Notes under the pieces: generated by a model
What the model was told of the DNA's origin: nothing
Seen by the model: the letters and a program-made list of their open reading frames with translations, nothing else
Databases searched by the model: none
Assembly (NCBI GenBank): GCA_000307935.1
Contig: AMWX01000001.1
Coordinates: 329,899-393,898 of the forward strand
DNA from: SAR86 cluster bacterium SAR86E
Lineage (GTDB): Bacteria > Pseudomonadota > Gammaproteobacteria > Magnimaribacterales > D2472
DNA length: 64,000 nt
Direction: 5' to 3'
Shown here: positions 50,534 through 60,089 of the stretch, piece by piece
Position numbering within the stretch: the first letter of the stretch is position 1
How the letters are laid out: each line of letters begins with the position of its first letter
Translations under genes and position numbers: made by a program

Positions 50534-51151
50534 ATGACAACTATTATGCATGAAAAATACCTGCTAATTCTATTCTATTCTGCAACAGGGGCTGTTAAAA
50601 ATCTTGCGCATGCTATTGCAGATGGCGCAGAAAAAAGAGGGCTGCAAACTAGAATAAGAACAGTGCCAAAAGTATCAGCTACTTCAGAGGCTAGTGAACC
50701 CAATATTCCTAAAGAAGGTGAAATATTCTGCACAAAAGATGATTTGGTTAACTGCTCGGGATTAGCGCTTGGGTCACCCACTAGATTTGGATCAATGGCT
50801 GCGCCAATGAAATATTTTTTGGATTCAACAGGAGACTTGTGGTCTAACAATGAGCTGGAAAATAAATTTGGATGTGTTTTTACTTCAACTGGATCTCAAC
50901 ATGGTGGACAAGAAATAACTTTATTTAATCTAATGACCTATTTATTGCACCAAGGGATGGTTTTTGTAGGCTCTCCTTATTCCATTAAATCTCTCCATAC
51001 CACCATGAGTGGAGGAACTCCTTATGGGCCATCTCATGTTGCAAATACTGGAGGCTCTCCTAACCTAACCACAGATGAATATAATGTAGCCAGTGAAACA
51101 GGAGCAAGAATAGCTACACTTATCATGCAATCTCAATCTAATGGCTCTTAG
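50534..51151 (+). CDS. wrbA: NAD(P)H:quinone oxidoreductase WrbA
   Basis: GSPTRFG, STGSQHGGQE and GGTPYG motifs. Confidence 0.93.
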   Translation: MTTIMHEKYLLILFYSATGAVKNLAHAIADGAEKRGLQTRIRTVPKVSATSEASEPNIPKEGEIFCTKDDLVNCSGLALGSPTRFGSMAAPMKYFLDSTGDLWSNNELENKFGCVFTSTGSQHGGQEITLFNLMTYLLHQGMVFVGSPYSIKSLHTTMSGGTPYGPSHVANTGGSPNLTTDEYNVASETGARIATLIMQSQSNGS

Positions 51152-51467
51152 AAAAATTTTTATTGGGCTATCATGTGCATTGTTGCTAACGCATTTAGTG
51201 CATAGCTTAATAATAGGTACTCCATGGATTGGAATATTAATCTGGTCAGCACCGCTTTTAATTTTCACTTATCGAGCATGGTTAAACCCGACTGCAAGGC
51301 TTTTTCAAATCTTTGGTTTTATTGTCCTAATATATTTTATGATGTCCTGCTTGATTGTTTTTGGGCTACCTAATCCAAGTGCATTGAGCTGGCTTGAACT
51401 CATCTTAATAGTTGCTCTTTTTTTTGTAGGAGTCTACACAGCTAGAGAATTCTTAAATGTAAAGTAG
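51141..51467 (+). CDS. DUF2069-like membrane protein
   Basis: Four TMs; directly follows wrbA, as is typical of this family. Confidence 0.6.
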   Translation: MALRKIFIGLSCALLLTHLVHSLIIGTPWIGILIWSAPLLIFTYRAWLNPTARLFQIFGFIVLIYFMMSCLIVFGLPNPSALSWLELILIVALFFVGVYTAREFLNVK

Positions 51468-51498
51468 ACTTGACAGTCAAATAAACTTTACATATCAT
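51459..51498 (+). promoter_or_regulatory. Sigma70 promoter overlapped by tandem palindromic operators
   Basis: TTGACA(51470)-N17-TATCAT(51493); GTAAAG-N4-CTTGAC and GTCAAA-N4-CTTTAC. Confidence 0.75.
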
Positions 51499-51542
51499 TT
51501 GAAACTTGTTTTAACTATTTAGTTTGTGTTTAGGTATTTATA

Positions 51543-52001
51543 ATGGCAAAGATTGTACAAAAAGGGATGTGGATTGAAATCTCATCGTTAAATAAAGAAG
51601 ATAAAAAGAACTATTTAAGATCCTTCACTTCATTCATCCTAGGTGCAGTTTTATTGGGAGTGCATCTAAGTCACATTGGTTTCTTGGGAGATGCGCCGCT
51701 TGCAGAGCCTTTGATATCAGAGCCATGGCTACTAATTCTTAGGATCGTGATGATAGACCTTTTCTTGCTCGGGGCTTATTTCTATCATAAGTTTTACTCT
51801 GCACAAGATGACTTTTTTAAAAGCTATCATAATGCAACATTTGCTGGTGGCGCCTATGGCTTTCTTGTCTTTGGATCACTGTTATCCATCTTCTCCCCCT
51901 ATTTTAATTACCATCCCAACTTCTACGAGTTTTTTCTAGCCTTTACAGCTGGTACTGTCGTAGGGGCTTATTATTTTTATAGAAAATACATTGCCGAGTA
52001 A
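51543..52001 (+). CDS. Hypothetical membrane protein
   Basis: Four hydrophobic segments; TAATG overlap with the HTH gene. Confidence 0.7.
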   Translation: MAKIVQKGMWIEISSLNKEDKKNYLRSFTSFILGAVLLGVHLSHIGFLGDAPLAEPLISEPWLLILRIVMIDLFLLGAYFYHKFYSAQDDFFKSYHNATFAGGAYGFLVFGSLLSIFSPYFNYHPNFYEFFLAFTAGTVVGAYYFYRKYIAE

Positions 52002-52198
52002 TGAAGAATAATCTCAAAGTTTTAAGGCAAGATAAGAAAATAAGTCAGGATGAACTTGCTGCTATTCTTAAGGTCAGCAGGCAAACTATTAACTCAATTG
52101 AAACTGGAAAGTTTGATCCATCCCTAAAATTAGTTATCAAGATGACCAGATATTTCAATGTTGAGCTTGAGCAAATTTTCATTTTTGAGGAGTCCTGA
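52001..52198 (+). CDS. XRE/Cro-family HTH transcriptional regulator
   Basis: SQDELA...[18 protein letters not shown]. Confidence 0.93.
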   Translation: MKNNLKVLRQDKKISQDELAAILKVSRQTINSIETGKFDPSLKLVIKMTRYFNVELEQIFIFEES

Positions 52199-52425
52199 TG
52201 GTTGTTTTAAGTTTAATTATTGTTTTAGGGGTCTTTGTAGTTGTTTGTGGACCAGCTCTTCTACTTAAATCTTTTGCCTTTTTACTAATATTGCTGACAG
52301 CCATATTATCGTTCTTGTTACTCGTGGCTGCCCTAATATTTTCACTTGGCATAGTCCTTGTTAGCTTTCTTTTTTCAGCAATTGTTACGTTGTTAATTTT
52401 TTTGTTTGGTTTTTTAATTATTTAA
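52198..52425 (+). CDS. Very hydrophobic small membrane protein
   Basis: TGATG overlap with the HTH gene, GAGGAG RBS; almost no polar residues. Confidence 0.55.
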   Translation: MVVLSLIIVLGVFVVVCGPALLLKSFAFLLILLTAILSFLLLVAALIFSLGIVLVSFLFSAIVTLLIFLFGFLII

Positions 52426-52443
52426 ATTTGGAGTTATTTTATT

Positions 52444-54273
52444 ATGAGTACACTTAAATCAATCTTTTCATGGCTTGGTCGTTTTCTAGAAAGAGCCAGA
52501 ACTGTCATGCTGAACCTTGGAACAGCATTTGTTTTAATTTTTCTAACCATCATTATTATTGGGGCCTTCACTGCATCCGGACCAGATGCCAAAGATCCAA
52601 GTGGAAGAGTCCTCATCCTAGATCCTCAGGGGATTGTGGTAGATGAGGAAGTATTTTCAGATGATTTCTTAGCAAGCATTACCAATGATGAGTCTGATCA
52701 AATTCAAACAAGAGACTTAATTGAGCTTATTCAGAATATTGCTGCAGATGATGAAATTCCTGCAGTTTTAATTGATTTTTCTGGAACTGGATTTGCTGGG
52801 CCTACAACTGCGCTTAATATAGCAAAAGAATTAAAAGCACTTAAGGATTCAGGCAAAAGAGTAATTGCATTTGGTGATCGTATGACCACATCGTCATATT
52901 TAATGGCATCACAGGCCTCTGAAATCTGGATCCATCCAGTTGGCAGTATCAGCATTGCTGGCCTTGGAGGGATGCGCCAATACAATAAAGAACTCTACGA
53001 GAATCTAAAAATTAATTTTAATAATTACTCACAAGGTGACTTTAAGTCTGCGGTTGAAGGCAATACTCGAACTAACATGTCGGAAAATGATAGATTGCAA
53101 AGAACTGCTATTCTTGAGCCTATTTGGAATGAATACAAAAGTCTAATGTCGGAAAGTCGGGGGATTACTGCCGAAGAGATTCAGTACTTTGCTGATAATT
53201 ATATTGGTTTTTTTGGAGAGGCTGCAATGATGAATATAGAATTTGCAACATCTAAAAATATCATTAATGGCACAAAATCATTTCCTGAGTTTCGTCAATA
53301 TATGATTGAAAATTTTGGAGAAGATGAAGATGCCGATACCACTACTTATAAATATATTTCATATCAAGAATATGCAGATCAGCTAGAAAAAGATTTAGAA
53401 GAAGACAGCGAGAATGAAATAGCAGTTATTACTGCAGAAGGTGTAATTATGGAAGGTGAAATTGCTCCTGGTGTTGCTGGCGCAAATGGTATTGTTAAGC
53501 AAATTAGAAAAGCACATGAAAATGAAAATACAAAAGCTATCGTTTTCCGTGTCAATAGTCCAGGCGGATCAATCATTGCTAGTGAGATGATGCGAGATGA
53601 ATTATTTGCAGCAAAAAGAAAGGGTTTAAAAGTTGTTGTATCAATGGGTGATTATGCAGCTTCTGGTGGAGTGTATATTTCAACACCTGCAGATTATATT
53701 TTTGCTGAACCAACAACTATTACTGGATCAATTGGAGTTGCAATTGCCTTACCAACACTTGAGAATGCGATGGATTATATTGGAGTTAATTTTGATGGTG
53801 TTGTCACATCCAAGTATGCTGGATGGGATCCATTGCAAAAAATTGATGATGATTTAGACAAAATTTTTGAAAGTTGGGGAGCTGGGGCATACGATCGGTT
53901 TATTACTTTTGTGTCTGATTCAAGATCACAGCCTTATGAAGATATTAAATCAATAGCTGGTGGCAGGGTTTGGATAGGATCAGCCGCTCAAGAATTAGGT
54001 CTAGTAGATGAACTTGGAGATATTGATGATGCGATCAACTATGCTGTGCAAATGGCTGACCTTGAAGATTACCAGGTTGAATATTATGGTCAGGAACTTT
54101 CTCCCGAAGAGATTATCATCAAGGAATTGCTTGATAGTTTTGATGTTTCAATCAAAGAGCCGGAAGTTTTAACAGCATTAAGCGGTCTGTCAAAGCTGTA
54201 TAGCGAGTATACAGATCTAAAACAACCTAAAGCATTGATAGCATGTGAAAATTGTTTGGTAGATATTGATTAA
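52444..54273 (+). CDS. sppA: Signal peptide peptidase SppA (long form)
   Basis: FKSAVE, RVNSPGGS, SMGDYAASGG, TITGSIG and GGRVW motifs. Confidence 0.94.
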   Translation: MSTLKSIFSWLGRFLERARTVMLNLGTAFVLIFLTIIIIGAFTASGPDAKDPSGRVLILDPQGIVVDEEVFSDDFLASITNDESDQIQTRDLIELIQNIAADDEIPAVLIDFSGTGFAGPTTALNIAKELKALKDSGKRVIAFGDRMTTSSYLMASQASEIWIHPVGSISIAGLGGMRQYNKELYENLKINFNNYSQGDFKSAVEGNTRTNMSENDRLQRTAILEPIWNEYKSLMSESRGITAEEIQYFADNYIGFFGEAAMMNIEFATSKNIINGTKSFPEFRQYMIENFGEDEDADTTTYKYISYQEYADQLEKDLEEDSENEIAVITAEGVIMEGEIAPGVAGANGIVKQIRKAHENENTKAIVFRVNSPGGSIIASEMMRDELFAAKRKGLKVVVSMGDYAASGGVYISTPADYIFAEPTTITGSIGVAIALPTLENAMDYIGVNFDGVVTSKYAGWDPLQKIDDDLDKIFESWGAGAYDRFITFVSDSRSQPYEDIKSIAGGRVWIGSAAQELGLVDELGDIDDAINYAVQMADLEDYQVEYYGQELSPEEIIIKELLDSFDVSIKEPEVLTALSGLSKLYSEYTDLKQPKALIACENCLVDID

Positions 54274-54313
54274 AACTAATTTTTTAATTCAAAGATTTAT
54301 AAAACGCTAGGCC

Positions 54314-55018
54314 TTAAAGGTCTAGCGTTTCTTTGATAAAGGGAATGGTTATCTTTCGCTTTAATGAGGCTGCATTTTGATCAAGAAGAATTAAATCGGA
54401 AAGAATAGATGAAAGCTCTCTCTTGTGTCGCTTCATCAAAAATTCAAGCTCTGGTTTATCAAGATTTATATCAAGTTGCGTGCAAATAAAATTTATTGCT
54501 GAATCAAGAAGCTCATCTTTGACTGCATGCAGAGTCATGAATTCCATGCGTTTTAATCTAGATAATAAATCTGGCAACATTGTCATCTCATCAAGCTCCC
54601 GACCTCCTCCATATGAAAAAAAAATGTTACACCCTGTTTGATTGCATTCATTAATTAAATTAAATGTTGCAACTTCCCAATCTTTTTTAGATAGGATTAA
54701 ATGCAAATCATCAATACAAACAGAATCTAAAGAGGAAAGATTTTGAAAAATTTCTGGACTCATCTCTATAGCTTTGCTCATAGGCACAAAAACAAACTCT
54801 TTACCGGCTCTGCTAAGTTCATTGCATATAGCTTGCAATATGAATGATTTACCTGCAGCTGGCATTCCATTAATCATTAATTCTTGATGAGAATGACTTG
54901 AAACAGCCTCAGTAAGCTTTGATAACAAAAGTTCATTTTCTGGAGTACAAAAAAAGCTTTCAAATGAAGCTTTTTGATTGATTTGAAAAGGGAAGATAAG
55001 TTGCTTTGGATTATTCAC
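54314..55018 (-). CDS. hda: DnaA regulatory inactivator Hda
   Basis: QLIFPF clamp-binding motif, GKS, IDDL, PDLLSRL and RKITIPF; GTG start at 55018. Confidence 0.88.
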   Translation of the reverse strand: MNNPKQLIFPFQINQKASFESFFCTPENELLLSKLTEAVSSHSHQELMINGMPAAGKSFILQAICNELSRAGKEFVFVPMSKAIEMSPEIFQNLSSLDSVCIDDLHLILSKKDWEVATFNLINECNQTGCNIFFSYGGGRELDEMTMLPDLLSRLKRMEFMTLHAVKDELLDSAINFICTQLDINLDKPELEFLMKRHKRELSSILSDLILLDQNAASLKRKITIPFIKETLDL

Positions 55019-55562
55019 GATGCAACTGAGCGGTAAGCTTGGACCAATTAAGACCATATAAAAAAAGGCTAACCAAAGTCACGCAGGCTACACAAATATC
55101 CACCATAAGACTCATCAAATTAAGACCAAAAATAATATCTACAAATATACCTGCAAGATAACCAATGTGCACGAAAGTTGTTATTTTTCCAAAAGCATTT
55201 GGATTGGGCGCTGCTGTTTCATAAACAGTCATGTGAAATGCTGCACCCATAATAATAATAAAGTCTCTTATGACAAATACTGCCATGACAAAAAAAGGTA
55301 TGTATGAATTCATCCAAAGAATTAATACGGTACCAATGAGAAGAACTTTATCAGCAATGGGGTCTAGAATTTTCCCTAACTCTGTTTGCCAGTCCATCAC
55401 TCTTGCTAAATAGCCATCCAAGCCATCTGTGGCTGCAGCTATAACAAATACAAGGAGCGCTAAAATATAATTTTCTTCTGCGATAAATGTTAACAATGGA
55501 TACATCAGATAAATTCTGATGATAGATAATAAATTTGGGATAAAAATAAAATATTTACTCAT
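55011..55562 (-). CDS. CDP-alcohol phosphatidyltransferase
   Basis: IPNLLS and DGLDGYLAR..GKILDPIADK motif. Confidence 0.92.
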   Translation of the reverse strand: MSKYFIFIPNLLSIIRIYLMYPLLTFIAEENYILALLVFVIAAATDGLDGYLARVMDWQTELGKILDPIADKVLLIGTVLILWMNSYIPFFVMAVFVIRDFIIIMGAAFHMTVYETAAPNPNAFGKITTFVHIGYLAGIFVDIIFGLNLMSLMVDICVACVTLVSLFLYGLNWSKLTAQLHRE

Positions 55563-55564
55563 GG

Positions 55565-56578
55565 CTAATTTAGATATTCCAATTCAAGTTTCGATAAGTT
55601 TTTATCAAAACTTTTAATCAGGAATCTTGTGCTGCCTTTAAGTTCTTTCAATAACGAATCAGTGGTCTGAAATAATTGAACATTATAATCAATGTAGGAT
55701 CTATCAAAAAAATTAAAATCTTTAGACTTAATAGCAAAGACTTTGTTAAGTTCAGAATTCATTAATTCAAAGTCCTCGTATGTCTCTAGCCCTTTGACAG
55801 ATATAACAATTTTATCTCCAGCCATGCCCTCTTTCAGAGGCTCTACAAACAGTAATTGATCAAGAAAAGCGTGGGTTTCTTGAGCTAAATAATCTAAAAC
55901 CTCTTTTTGCCTTAGTGTAGAACTAGATTTTATATCTCCATTGATAGCCCATTGATTAACACCAACTCGCATGATTTCTACAGAAAGAAAAAAATCATTA
56001 TAAAATTTATTCTTAATATGCTGCTGTGGTGAAAACAAAACATCTGTTTGACCAAGTAAATTTTGATCTTCCAAATCAAAAGTTGGCAACTCTATATAAA
56101 CCCCCCTCTCATCCGCTATATCTTGCAAAATGTCACTAAGCATTGAGCCAAAGAAATGATCAGATGAGTTGGCTGAAATATAACTTGGGCTTGACTCTCC
56201 TGAATCAATTTTTAACAGCAAGAGAATGACAGGACGATTGAATCCAATCAGGGGAATTCTGTTGGCTCTGAGCAGTGAAACAAACGAATCAATATTAAAT
56301 TTAACAGATAAATAATCTTGATCATCGATGTTTTCCATTGAATATGATGAAACAAAATCTATCTTATTAATGTTGCCCAATTTCCAAAGGTTTTTTCTCT
56401 CTCTGCTACCAGATAACTTAAATATCAATCTATTAAATGCCTTATTCAATCCGTCATTAGTATTGGTATACTGATCAGCAGAAATCATTACTTCAAACAA
56501 ATCTGGTAACTCTTTGGTGAATAAAGGATTTGCAGTCAAAAGACTTAATAGAAGTAAGATTCTTAATTTTTTAATCAT
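55565..56578 (-). CDS. DUF2066-like exported protein
   Basis: Signal peptide, KLSG, RPVILL; divergent from purM as in other gammaproteobacteria. Confidence 0.7.
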   Translation of the reverse strand: MIKKLRILLLLSLLTANPLFTKELPDLFEVMISADQYTNTNDGLNKAFNRLIFKLSGSRERKNLWKLGNINKIDFVSSYSMENIDDQDYLSVKFNIDSFVSLLRANRIPLIGFNRPVILLLLKIDSGESSPSYISANSSDHFFGSMLSDILQDIADERGVYIELPTFDLEDQNLLGQTDVLFSPQQHIKNKFYNDFFLSVEIMRVGVNQWAINGDIKSSSTLRQKEVLDYLAQETHAFLDQLLFVEPLKEGMAGDKIVISVKGLETYEDFELMNSELNKVFAIKSKDFNFFDRSYIDYNVQLFQTTDSLLKELKGSTRFLIKSFDKNLSKLELEYLN

Positions 56579-56592
56579 ATTTTTTATTGTAA

Positions 56593-57612
56593 ATGACTAA
56601 CAAAACAAAACCTACAGATCCCTATGCAAAGGCTGGAGTAAATATTCAAAAGGGTAATGAGCTTGTGCGCTCAATTAAGGCAAGTGTAAATGCAACTCAT
56701 GATAGGAGAGTTTTGGGGGGCATGGGCGGTTTTGCTGGTCTATTTCAGCTTGGGACTAAATATAAAAATCCAATCTTGGTTGGCTGCACAGATGGTGTAG
56801 GCACCAAAGTTGCGCTAAGCCAAAAATACAATAAAACGCATCTCACTGGCCAAGATCTTGTGGCTATGTGTGTTAACGATATGGTGACATGTGGGGCAGA
56901 ACCTTTATTTTTCTTAGATTACTTTGCAGCATCTAAACTCGAAACAAAATCTGCAGCTAATATTGTTAAGGGAATTGCTGCAGCGTGCAAAAAAAGTAAT
57001 TGTGCCCTTTTGGGCGGTGAGACTGCAGAAATGCCTGGACACTATGCAGGAAATAATTTTGACCTAGCTGGTTTTTCAGTTGGGGTCGTTGAAAAATCAA
57101 AAATCATTGATGGCAAAAAAATTAAACCTGGACATGTGATTCTCGCAATTGAATCAAGCGGACCTCACTCTAATGGCTACTCGCTTATTCGAAAAATTAT
57201 TAAACAAAGAAAAGTTCCTGACTCAATTTTAAAAGCTCTGCTAAAGCCTACACATCTTTATCCAAAGCCAATTCTAGAACTTATTAAGAAGGTCAATGTC
57301 AAAGGTATGGCAAATATTACTGGAGGAGGCTTGACTGAGAATATTCCAAGAATTTTAAATAAATCACAAGTAGCGAATATAGATCTATCTTCGTGGAAAT
57401 TTCCTGCAGCTTTTCAATGGCTGCAAGAAAAAGGCAAAATCTCAAATTTGGATATGTTAAGAATTTTTAATTGTGGCGTAGGTATGATTTGTATTCTTGA
57501 GGAAAAGGAAGTTTCTAAAGCTCAAAAAATTTTACAATCGCATAAATTAAAATCCTTTAAAATTGGTTCAATTATTAAAGGTTACTCAAAAGAACAAATT
57601 CAATACCTCTAA
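56593..57612 (+). CDS. purM: AIR synthetase
   Basis: YAKAGV, TDGVGTK, GGETAEMP, GPHSNGYSL and FNCGVG motifs. Confidence 0.96.
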   Translation: MTNKTKPTDPYAKAGVNIQKGNELVRSIKASVNATHDRRVLGGMGGFAGLFQLGTKYKNPILVGCTDGVGTKVALSQKYNKTHLTGQDLVAMCVNDMVTCGAEPLFFLDYFAASKLETKSAANIVKGIAAACKKSNCALLGGETAEMPGHYAGNNFDLAGFSVGVVEKSKIIDGKKIKPGHVILAIESSGPHSNGYSLIRKIIKQRKVPDSILKALLKPTHLYPKPILELIKKVNVKGMANITGGGLTENIPRILNKSQVANIDLSSWKFPAAFQWLQEKGKISNLDMLRIFNCGVGMICILEEKEVSKAQKILQSHKLKSFKIGSIIKGYSKEQIQYL

Positions 57613-57615
57613 CTT

Positions 57616-58263
57616 ATGAAAAAAATAATCGTTCTGATATCTGGCAGTGGGTCTAATTTAGAGGCCATAGCAAAAGCTTGTCAAAACGGAAGCATTGCTG
57701 GTTCAATTGAGCTAGTTATTTCTAATCAACCGAACGTAAAAGGCTTAGAACGTGCTCAAAAATTTCATCTTATGTCCAATGTGATTAATCACAAGGAATT
57801 TGATTCCAGAGAGAGTTTTGATAAGGCCCTCCTTGAGCAGATTCTTCCAGTAGAACCTGATTTAATTGTTCTTGCTGGCTTTATGAGAATTCTTGGTAAA
57901 GATTTTACACAAGCCTTTGAAGGGAAACTAATCAATATTCATCCTTCTCTTTTACCAGAATATCCTGGACTAAATACGCACCAACAGGCTATTAATAATG
58001 GTGATTTAATGCATGGAATATCAATACATTACGTTAACAGCAACCTGGATGATGGCCCCATAATTGCTCAAGGGGCATTAAAGATTGATCCCAATCAATC
58101 TGAAGCAAAGCTGATCAATCGAATTCATAAAATTGAACATGCAATGTACCCAAAGGTCATTGAAGATATATCAAAAGGCTATATAAGCCTAAAAAATGGC
58201 GCGGTTGTCTACGCAAAGGAAAGTCACTTTAGCTCAAATCACATGGAGTTTTTCAATGTATAA
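57616..58263 (+). CDS. purN: GAR transformylase
   Basis: ISGSGSNL, LAGFMRIL and NIHPSLLP motifs. Confidence 0.96.
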   Translation: MKKIIVLISGSGSNLEAIAKACQNGSIAGSIELVISNQPNVKGLERAQKFHLMSNVINHKEFDSRESFDKALLEQILPVEPDLIVLAGFMRILGKDFTQAFEGKLINIHPSLLPEYPGLNTHQQAINNGDLMHGISIHYVNSNLDDGPIIAQGALKIDPNQSEAKLINRIHKIEHAMYPKVIEDISKGYISLKNGAVVYAKESHFSSNHMEFFNV

Positions 58264-58936
58264 ATATTCACTCATAATCCTAGGTTTTCTATCTAGCTTA
58301 ATAGGATCGCAGGAAATACCTGACTACAAAGGTGATTATGTTTTCACAAACTCTCGAGTCACCATGAAGGGCATCAGAGAGCTAAGTTCTAAGAAAGAGA
58401 CCAACGAAAGAACAATTCAGTTTAATGCTAAATTTCCATTGGGAAGGATTAAAATTATTTCTGATTTCACCGAAGCAGATAATCAAATTGCATCAACGAA
58501 ATACAATGTAGATGTGAAATGGACTCTAATATCAGATAAGAGGGTATTAACATTTGATCAAGCAAAAAATACTCTCATTTCTGCTGGTAAATTTAAATGG
58601 GAATCATCATTGCTTGCAAATGAAAATGTTTTTGATCCTCTCAATGTGCAAATTCAAATTAGAAAAAATGTAATTGCTGGTTTAACCGAATTTTCTTTAA
58701 TGCTTCCTGACCTTAAAACCGGTGCAATAGAACCCAATAACTACAAAGTTGTTGGTGAAGGGAGTTATCAAGTTGAGGGAGTTGATTATCCTTGCGTCGT
58801 TGTCGAAAGGATAAGAACGCAAGACGATCGAACAACTCGATATTTTCTAGCTCCTGAGCTTGATTACCTCATTATTAAAGTTGAAGATCAAGATGAGGAT
58901 GGAGATACCATGTTGGAACTTAAAAAGCTCTATTAA
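58256..58936 (+). CDS. DUF3108-like exported protein
   Basis: Signal peptide from ATG 58256; DPL and FLAPELDY motifs; follows purN. Confidence 0.7.
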   Translation: MYKYSLIILGFLSSLIGSQEIPDYKGDYVFTNSRVTMKGIRELSSKKETNERTIQFNAKFPLGRIKIISDFTEADNQIASTKYNVDVKWTLISDKRVLTFDQAKNTLISAGKFKWESSLLANENVFDPLNVQIQIRKNVIAGLTEFSLMLPDLKTGAIEPNNYKVVGEGSYQVEGVDYPCVVVERIRTQDDRTTRYFLAPELDYLIIKVEDQDEDGDTMLELKKLY

Positions 58937-59502
58937 GTTTTTGGAAGAGTGACGCCTGTTTGTCCTTGATATTTTCCACCTCTGTCCTTGTAGCTAACTT
59001 CACATTCTTCATCAGACTCAAGAAAGATCATTTGGGCAACCCCCTCTCCGGCATAAATTTTTGCCGGCAGATTGGTGGTATTAGAAAATTCAAGGGTGAC
59101 ATGCCCTTCCCACTCAGGCTCCAATGGAGTAACGTTAACAATAATTCCACATCGAGCATAAGTAGATTTTCCTAGGCAGATTGTCAAAACATTCCTAGGT
59201 ATCCGAAAATACTCAACAGTTCGAGCTAAAGCAAAAGAATTTGGCGGAATAATACAAACATCAGAAGTTATATCTACAAAGCTATTATCATCAAACACTT
59301 TAGGATCGACCGTGGCAGAATGTATATTGGTAAAAACTTTAAATTCATTGGCGCATCTAACATCATAGCCAAAGCTTGAAACACCATATGAAATTAATTT
59401 TTGACCTTGATCGTCAATGCGGATTTGATTTTCAGAAAAAGGCTCTATCATGCCCTCATTAAGAGCCATGCGCTTTATCCATGCATCGGGTTTTATAGAC
59501 AT
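58933..59502 (-). CDS. dcd: dCTP deaminase
   Basis: [19 protein letters not shown] and EPEWEG motifs. Confidence 0.95.
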   Translation of the reverse strand: MSIKPDAWIKRMALNEGMIEPFSENQIRIDDQGQKLISYGVSSFGYDVRCANEFKVFTNIHSATVDPKVFDDNSFVDITSDVCIIPPNSFALARTVEYFRIPRNVLTICLGKSTYARCGIIVNVTPLEPEWEGHVTLEFSNTTNLPAKIYAGEGVAQMIFLESDEECEVSYKDRGGKYQGQTGVTLPKT

Positions 59503-60089
59503 TAAATTACAATCCTCCCTTGAATTGCTCTCGCGATAGTGTTGCCATCGACATACTCTAACTCTCCACCAATCGGAATACCATAGGAAATTCTTGAAAC
59601 TTTAACTCCCTCTAGATGATCCTTGATAAATGTTGCCGTCGCATCGCCTTCAACGGTTGAGCTTGTTGCAAGGATAACCTCTTCAATTTTTGCTCCTTGT
59701 ATGTGTCTTAATAGATCTGGAATTCCCAGATCATCGGGTGAGACACCATCAATCGGAGACAGTCTTCCCATCAAAACGAAATACCTTCCCTTAAAACCAC
59801 CGGTAGATTCAATGGCGAGCACATCAGATGGGCTCTCAACCACACAAAGACTGTAAGAATCCCTGGATTCATCACTGCAGATGCGACAAACAGTTTCTGA
59901 GGTAAGCTGCCTGCAAATTTCACAGCGCTGAATTGCAGCCAAGCACTCCTCAAGTGTTTTCGCTAAGTGCAAAGCGCCGTCTTTATTTTTATCAAGCAAA
60001 AATAATGCCATGCGTTGAGCAGATTTCTTCCCCACTCCTGGCAAGATGGTTAAAGCCTCTATTAATTCGTATAAAAGATCTCTACTCAT
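59502..60089 (-). CDS. recR: Recombination mediator RecR
   Basis: [12 protein letters not shown]4 Zn finger, Toprim EGDATA. Confidence 0.96.
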   Translation of the reverse strand: MSRDLLYELIEALTILPGVGKKSAQRMALFLLDKNKDGALHLAKTLEECLAAIQRCEICRQLTSETVCRICSDESRDSYSLCVVESPSDVLAIESTGGFKGRYFVLMGRLSPIDGVSPDDLGIPDLLRHIQGAKIEEVILATSSTVEGDATATFIKDHLEGVKVSRISYGIPIGGELEYVDGNTIARAIQGRIVI

